A stretch of 59,264 bases of DNA from Actinomycetes bacterium. GTDB taxonomy: Bacteria; Actinomycetota; Actinomycetes; S36-B12; UBA5976. The stretch covers positions 1 to 59,264 of the forward strand of contig JAKALQ010000004.1 in NCBI GenBank assembly GCA_021824095.1, read 5' to 3'. A program made the translations under genes and the position numbers. Every line of letters starts with the position of its first letter. Positions within the stretch are counted from its first letter, which is position 1. Below the pieces are notes generated by a model, which had not been told where the DNA came from, did no database searches, and was given only the letters and a program-made list of their open reading frames with translations. Of the stretch, positions 54,051 to 59,264 are shown in pieces.

Positions 54051-55085
54051 TCAGGGGATGGCGATCGCGTGCGCGGCAGGCTGGACGACCGTGATCGCGT
54101 GGGTGTAGAGCGCCAGATCGTGGCCATTGTGCGCGATGTAGGTGTTGCGGATGGTGATGGGGCCGTTGCTATTGAAGCGTGAACCCTCGTCGATGCCGAA
54201 GTCGCGGTTGTCGACGATGTTGGAGTTCACGATGGTCTTCGTGCCGGTCTTCGACGTCTCGTACATCATGAAGCCGTAGGAGTTGCCATGGATGTTCACG
54301 TGGTCCAGGGCGAGCGATCGCAGGCCGACGATGTGGAAGGCGCAGTGGGCACCCGTGACCTCGGTGTTCGAGACCGTGAGCGCGTCACCCTTGCGCATGC
54401 TCAGCATGTCGCCGGTGTTCGGCCCGTCACCGTGCAGGCGCGAGTTCACGATGGTGATGCGCGCGGTGCCTTGCAGGGCGGTGATGCCCTCGCTTGCACC
54501 CTTGTTGTAGTCCAGTGCTGTCGCGTGCAGCGTGCCGTCGATCGTGCTTTGCGTCTGTGCACGTGCGACCGTCACATGGCGCAGTGTCAGCCTGCCGGTG
54601 GGCAGGACCACGAAGGGGCTCGACTCACCGGTGATGCGCACGTGATCAAGCGTTGCCTGCGCACCGGCCTGCACGGTGATGGCGTTCGTCGCGCCGCTGA
54701 TGGTGCCGTTCGCGACGTCGAGGCCGCCGCGCTGCGCCACGACGACGCCATTCCAGTCGCTGCCGTCCAGCGTGACCGTCCCGGCGGCGCGCAGAGTGCC
54801 CTGCACGACCAGGCGGGCGCCGGAGGTGAAGCGGAGGTGCGAGCCCGGCGCGAGCGTCATGGTCGTGCCCGCGGGCACGGTGAGGGTGCCGGTGATGGTG
54901 CGGATGGCGCCGTGCACATGGGCGCCCGTCGCTCGGGTTGCGATGCCTGCGCGGGCAACCACCTGCGGGGTGGCGGCGGTCGCGGTGGCAACCCCGGCCA
55001 TCGCCAGTGCGACGACCATGGCGGTGATCACGGGAGCCCGGTGGATGCGGTGGCGGCGGGGTGTGGTCGGCGTGGAGCCATTCAT
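54051..55085 (-). CDS. Secreted right-handed beta-helix (pectin-lyase-like fold) protein
   Basis: Signal peptide; repeated I.NS/NT, N..G coils; GDM and AHCAFH. Confidence 0.65.
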   Translation of the reverse strand: MNGSTPTTPRRHRIHRAPVITAMVVALAMAGVATATAATPQVVARAGIATRATGAHVHGAIRTITGTLTVPAGTTMTLAPGSHLRFTSGARLVVQGTLRAAGTVTLDGSDWNGVVVAQRGGLDVANGTISGATNAITVQAGAQATLDHVRITGESSPFVVLPTGRLTLRHVTVARAQTQSTIDGTLHATALDYNKGASEGITALQGTARITIVNSRLHGDGPNTGDMLSMRKGDALTVSNTEVTGAHCAFHIVGLRSLALDHVNIHGNSYGFMMYETSKTGTKTIVNSNIVDNRDFGIDEGSRFNSNGPITIRNTYIAHNGHDLALYTHAITVVQPAAHAIAIP

Positions 55086-55182
55086 GGCAGCGCAACTCCA
55101 GATCGTGGGCGGGCCGTGCGTAGAGGCGTCAACGCCGGTGCCCGTCCGGCAATTCCGGGCCGGCGATGATGACGCCCCTCCG

Positions 55183-55240
55183 GCGATCTGTTGTGCTGGG
55201 CCCATTCCCGGCGGAGTTCGGGCCCAGCACAACAGATCGC
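55183..55240. repeat. Palindrome family B copy 3 (reverse orientation)
   Basis: 21-bp perfect IR GCGATCTGTTGTGCTGGGCCC; spacer is the reverse complement of the copy 1 spacer with 2 mismatches. Confidence 0.95.
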
Positions 55241-55332
55241 GAGGGGGACGTGGTCGCGTGGTGGACGGTCGGCCTCGTGACGCGTGCCAGCGTCCCCTCC
55301 CCACGGGGCGGGTCCATGGATAGTGTGCGCGG

Positions 55333-56229
55333 ATGTCAGCAACACAGGAGCCGGTGAGCACCCGCAACATCCTCGCTGCGGCCGGCATGGTGTTCGCCTG
55401 GAGCGGCGGCTTCATCGGTGCCGAGCTCGGCATCCGCGCCGGTGGCACGCCCTTGATGCTGCTGAGCTGGCGCATGTACGTGCTCACAGCAGTGCTTGGG
55501 CTCGTCATGCTCGTCCGCCGCGCACCCTGGCCGTCGCGCCGTGCGTGGCAGCGCACTGCCGTCGTCGCCACGTTCTCGCAGGCCGGCTACCTGACCCTCA
55601 TCTTCGAAGGGGTGCACCATGGCGTGAGCGGTGGCACGGCCGCGCTCATTGCGGCGGTGCAACCGCTGCTCGTCGCCACCGTTGCCGGGCGCGCGTTGGG
55701 GGAGCACACGACGGTCCGGATGTGGTTGGGCATGCTCGTGGGGTTGCTTGGTGTGGGCCTCGTCGTCTCGGGTGACATCGCAGCCGGCGGCCCACCCGCG
55801 TCCGCCTACGCCTACCCGGTGGCGGGCATGCTGTGCCTCTCCATCGGCACCATCATCGCCCGTCGGGTGCGCGCGAACGAGACCGTGCTGCAGTCCACGT
55901 TCATGCAGGCGGCGGTCACGGGCGTGATCCTCGGCCTGCTGGCGGCCATCGTCGGCGAGGCGGCACCGCTGCACACACCGGACTTCTGGCGGTCCATCGC
56001 CTGGATGGTGCTGGTGCCGAGCCTCGGTGGCTACGCGCTGTACATGTACGTCACGCATCACATGGGTGCGACGACGGTGAGCACCCTGCTGTTCCTCGAG
56101 GCGCCGACGGCCATGGTGTGGGTGTGGATCATGTTCGGCGTCCCACTCACGGCCACGTCGATCGCCGGACTCGTCGTGAGCGCTGCAGGGGTGGTGCTCG
56201 TCCTGCAGGCACGCCGCTCGCGGACGTGA
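55333..56229 (+). CDS. EamA/DMT family transporter
   Basis: WS.GFIG, G.AALI...QP, about 10 TM. Confidence 0.92.
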   Translation: MSATQEPVSTRNILAAAGMVFAWSGGFIGAELGIRAGGTPLMLLSWRMYVLTAVLGLVMLVRRAPWPSRRAWQRTAVVATFSQAGYLTLIFEGVHHGVSGGTAALIAAVQPLLVATVAGRALGEHTTVRMWLGMLVGLLGVGLVVSGDIAAGGPPASAYAYPVAGMLCLSIGTIIARRVRANETVLQSTFMQAAVTGVILGLLAAIVGEAAPLHTPDFWRSIAWMVLVPSLGGYALYMYVTHHMGATTVSTLLFLEAPTAMVWVWIMFGVPLTATSIAGLVVSAAGVVLVLQARRSRT

Positions 56230-56231
56230 CG

Positions 56232-56327
56232 GGCGTCGATCTGGCGCAGGCGATTCGCGACAAGATCGCGAGCAATGCGGCGCGCTACTCCGTCGAGTGT
56301 TCCCGGGGGAACGCGACCAAGCGTTGA
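56232..56327 (+). pseudogene. C-terminal remnant of a MazG-like nucleotide pyrophosphohydrolase
   Basis: GVDLAQAIRDKIASNAARYSVECSRGNATK matches the D....I..K...N..KY.V....G...K tail; N-terminal catalytic part absent. Confidence 0.6.
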
Positions 56328-56334
56328 AGCTGGT

Positions 56335-57204
56335 CTACAGCACCGTGCGCCAGGTGTGCTGCGGCGCGTAGCCGAACACGCGCTTGGCCTTGGCGCTGCT
56401 CATGAGCGCCTCGTGCGGCCCCAACTCCCTCCGGATCTCGACGGACGGCCACAACTCGCGCACGAGGTCAGCGCTATGCCGCTGCATCACCGTGTCATCG
56501 TTCGCGATGATGAACACCTCGGCTCCCGTGGCATCGTGCTCGAGGGCCTTGCGGCATGCCTGCGCGCCGTCGCGGGCGTCGATGTAGGACCACAGGTTCC
56601 ACTTGCGCCGCATGATGTCGGCGTCGAATGACGGGAACTCCTCGTAGTCCTCCGGCAGCATGACGTTCGAGAAGCGCATGCCGAACATCTTGAGATCAGG
56701 GTGTTGGCGGCACAGGTGGTACGCGAGTTCCTCCTCCATGGCCTTCACCATGGAGTACGTGGAGTTGGGGCGCACCCGGTACTCCTCGTCAAGCGGGACG
56801 TACGGTGGCTCCTCGTCGAAGGGCAGGCCGAGCACGGTCTCGCTGGACGCCCACACGATGTTGCGCAGGCCGGCGCTGATGGCCGCGATGACCACGTTGT
56901 ACGAGGTGAGCATGTTGTTGCGGAACGTGGCGGAGTTCGGCAGCAGGCCGGGCGCGGGGATCGCGGCCAGGTGCACGAGTGCGTCCACGGCGGCGAAGCG
57001 ATCCTCCACGCCGAAGAAGAGCGACATGGCCTGGCCGTGATCCGTGAGGTCGGCCTTGAGGAACTGGTAGTCACCACCAAAGCGCTGCTGCACGTCGACG
57101 CTTGTCACCTGGTAGCCGTGCGCCACCAGATCCGCAACCACCACCGAGCCGAGGCGACCTTCGCCGCCCGTCACCACAACCCTGCCACCAGACGGAACTC
57201 GCAT
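56335..57204 (-). CDS. NAD-dependent epimerase/dehydratase
   Basis: VTGGEGRLG, HLAA, ASS, YSMVK. Confidence 0.93.
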   Translation of the reverse strand: MRVPSGGRVVVTGGEGRLGSVVVADLVAHGYQVTSVDVQQRFGGDYQFLKADLTDHGQAMSLFFGVEDRFAAVDALVHLAAIPAPGLLPNSATFRNNMLTSYNVVIAAISAGLRNIVWASSETVLGLPFDEEPPYVPLDEEYRVRPNSTYSMVKAMEEELAYHLCRQHPDLKMFGMRFSNVMLPEDYEEFPSFDADIMRRKWNLWSYIDARDGAQACRKALEHDATGAEVFIIANDDTVMQRHSADLVRELWPSVEIRRELGPHEALMSSAKAKRVFGYAPQHTWRTVL

Positions 57205-57469
57205 ACCTGCAGGGTAGCGCGCCCTCGTCGTGCCGGCGCCCGTGCGCTGTCTGGGGCAGCGAGCAGCCTGTGATGCCGTCGGGCCCCGCGGTGCCGAGTT
57301 CTCGCGGGGTGGGTGTGACGCTTCCTCGCCCTCGCCGTGCCAATGCATCATCGCCCAGGAGCGCCGTCGCGCCAATGCGGCGGGCTCTGCTGGTGGCAAT
57401 ACCTCGGGGTCCCGATGCTTTGTTCGCGGTGGGCCTGCTGCTACGGTCCACGGAGACGAAGGAGGCACC

Positions 57470-58258
57470 ATGGCCAGCAGCGTGACGATGGCAATCCCCG
57501 ACGAGCGGCAGATGAAGTTGCGACGATCCAATGTGATCGCAGGGGTGTTCCACCTCATCCAGGCGATCGCCATCCTCGCCCTGGCGAACTCATTCGCGCT
57601 GCCCGTGACCGCGCACTACCTGCAGGATGCGCCACGCCCGGGTGCTCGGTTCGCCACCATCGAACTGTTCTCCTTCCCCATGGCCTATGGCGTCGCTGCC
57701 TTCTCGCTGCTCAGCGCGTTGGCACACGGATGGATCGCCACGTGGGGCTTCCGTCGATACATCGACGACCTGGCGCACAAGCGCAACATCGCGCGCTGGA
57801 TCGAGTACGCGTTGTCGTCGACGCTCATGATCGTGCTCATCGCCATGCTCAACTCGGTGTGGGACGTGGTGGCGTTGCTCGCGCTCGCGGGCGTCAATGT
57901 GTCGATGATCCTCTTCGGCTGGTTGCAGGAGCGGTACGAGGAGCCGGGACGCGGCAGCCTGCTGCCGTTCTGGTTCGGCTGCATCGCTGGATCGGTGCCG
58001 TGGATCGCCTTCTTCTTCCTGCTGGTCGCACCCGGGAACACGGCCGAACCGCCGGGCTTCGTGTACGCGATCGTCTTCTCCCTATTCGTGTTCTTCAACG
58101 GCTTCGCCCTGGTGCAGTGGCTGCAGTACCGCCAGGTTGGACGGTTCGCGGACTACCTCGCAGGTGAGCGCCTCTACATCGTGCTGAGCTTCGTGGCGAA
58201 AACGGCGCTGGCGTGGCAGATCTTCGGCGGGGTGCTCGGCACCAGCGCCGCAGGGTGA
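57470..58258 (+). CDS. heR: Heliorhodopsin
   Basis: N..AG..H..QA, SA..H, RWIEY..SS..M, N..MILFG, GE..YI.LSFVAK (retinal Lys); 7 TM; AAGGAGG RBS. Confidence 0.95.
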   Translation: MASSVTMAIPDERQMKLRRSNVIAGVFHLIQAIAILALANSFALPVTAHYLQDAPRPGARFATIELFSFPMAYGVAAFSLLSALAHGWIATWGFRRYIDDLAHKRNIARWIEYALSSTLMIVLIAMLNSVWDVVALLALAGVNVSMILFGWLQERYEEPGRGSLLPFWFGCIAGSVPWIAFFFLLVAPGNTAEPPGFVYAIVFSLFVFFNGFALVQWLQYRQVGRFADYLAGERLYIVLSFVAKTALAWQIFGGVLGTSAAG

Positions 58259-58328
58259 TGCCGCCCCAGTGCGGTGACGGCAGCTGCGAGCGATGTGCGA
58301 TTGGCGTGTGGGCGTCGTCGGTCCGAGC

Positions 58329-58426
58329 GCGTTCGCGTCCGTGGGGCGCAGTGGTTGCGCGCTCTGCCGACGGGCGTCCGCGTCCGTGGGGCACAGGGGT
58401 TCCGTGCTCGGCCGTCGGGCGTCCGC
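58329..58426 (+). repeat. 45-bp tandem repeat, about 2.2 copies
   Basis: GCGT(T/C)CGCGTCCGTGGGGC... units at 58329 and 58374, partial unit at 58419. Confidence 0.8.
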
Positions 58427-58466
58427 TCTGCTGACATCGGGGCAGCGTCTGCCTACAGTTCCCGCT

Positions 58467-58709
58467 ATGGCCAATGCGACCGATGGGTGGGACCCCGCGC
58501 TCGCCACGCGGCAGCTGCAGTGCGAGCGATGCGGCACCACCTTCGGGTGTCGCAATGACGGCGAGGAGGGCTCGTGCTGGTGCTCGCGCGAGGCCTTCAG
58601 GCTGCCCGTCCCACTGCCCGACGCCGTCGGTCCCTACGCGGATTGCCTGTGCCCCGCCTGCATCAGGGCCGTGGCGGACGAGCTGCAGGACCAGCGCCCA
58701 CGTGCATGA
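58467..58709 (+). CDS. Cysteine-rich CWC family protein
   Basis: C..CG..F.C, CWC, CLC..C. Confidence 0.85.
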   Translation: MANATDGWDPALATRQLQCERCGTTFGCRNDGEEGSCWCSREAFRLPVPLPDAVGPYADCLCPACIRAVADELQDQRPRA

Positions 58710-58879
58710 CCCCAGTGCACCCGGCCAGTGTGGGGTGACTGGCACGGTTGTGTGACGGCCACGGCGGGGGCGGTCGTGGCGGACGAGCTGCGGGACCAGC
58801 GCCCACGTGCATGACCCCAGCGCACCTGGCCAGTGTGGGGTGACTGCCGCGGCTGTGTGACGGCCACGGCGGGGGCGGC
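58670..58879 (+). repeat. 105-bp tandem duplication including the CWC gene 3' end
   Basis: Units start at 58670 and 58775; about 7 substitutions. Confidence 0.92.
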
Positions 58880-58961
58880 CGAGGTGACCCGGCGGCGAGC
58901 CGGCGTTGCACAGTGGCGAGTGCAGGCATCCGGCGACGACCCCCTGAACTGCGCACGCATT

Positions 58962-59025
58962 GGCGTTCCGCTTTCTGATGCATGAGCGGTACGCGTACCG
59001 CTCATGCATCAGAAAGCGGAACGCC
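58962..59025. repeat. 64-bp perfect spacer-less palindrome, family D
   Basis: GGCGTTCCGCTTTCTGATGCATGAGCGGTACG|CGTACCGCTCATGCATCAGAAAGCGGAACGCC. Confidence 0.97.
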
Positions 59026-59186
59026 GTCTCGCGCGGGGTGACCGTCTGGCGCATTGGGCCAGCCCTACGTCGTGGGACTCTGTCGGCTTTCTCCGACGCT
59101 TTCGACGGAGAAAGCGGTCCAGTGCCCCTTTCGAAAGCCTTCGGCGCGTGATTGGCTCCCGGCGTCGGGTCAGAAGGGTTGGGACC

Positions 59187-59264
59187 ATGCAACCGGACGT
59201 GGCCATGCATGTGGCGCGCTACATCGCGGAATATCGCGCGCTCGTCATCACGGATGCCCTGGCC
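59187..59264 (+). CDS. Possible gene start running off the window
   Basis: MQPDVAMHVARYIAEYRALVITDALA..., open to the edge; only 26 codons visible. Confidence 0.3.
   Translation, partial: MQPDVAMHVARYIAEYRALVITDALA

Noticed and set aside
57333-57378. CGCCGT..GCCAATGC direct repeat upstream of heR as a light-regulator operator
   Set aside because: Too short and imperfect to separate from chance
58329-58879. Repeats as a CRISPR array
   Set aside because: Contiguous tandem units with no unique spacers and no cas genes

Overview
High-GC actinobacterial chromosome segment; the heliorhodopsin suggests an aquatic lineage (inference). There are two conserved housekeeping blocks. Block 1 is prfA-prmC-tsaC-glyA-wecA-atp operon-pduO/murA-nucS-thiolase-ybbN-glgB/glgE. 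Block 2 is prfB-ftsE-ftsX-M23 peptidase-smpB-ssrA (tmRNA). A PspC-type two-component locus and a Tad/Flp pilus cluster join them. An accessory region follows the tmRNA: ODP-GGDEF, DHFR-like protein, arr, PTH2-like protein, beta-helix protein, EamA, a MazG remnant, epimerase, heliorhodopsin and a CWC protein. The most unusual signal is non-coding: seven long intergenic palindromes of 58-66 bp in four unrelated sequence families. One pair bounds an orphan AbiEi/DUF559 (Vsr-like nuclease) gene as mutually inverted termini. Another family has three dispersed copies with compensatory stem changes, one of them inside a 66-bp duplication of the smpB 3' end. Together these suggest a REP/REPtron-like system driven by AbiEi-DUF559 proteins, which is a hypothesis. 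Also notable are a TsaC lacking its catalytic motifs and many apparently leaderless genes. All calls come from manual motif recognition; no database searches were run and start codons are best estimates.
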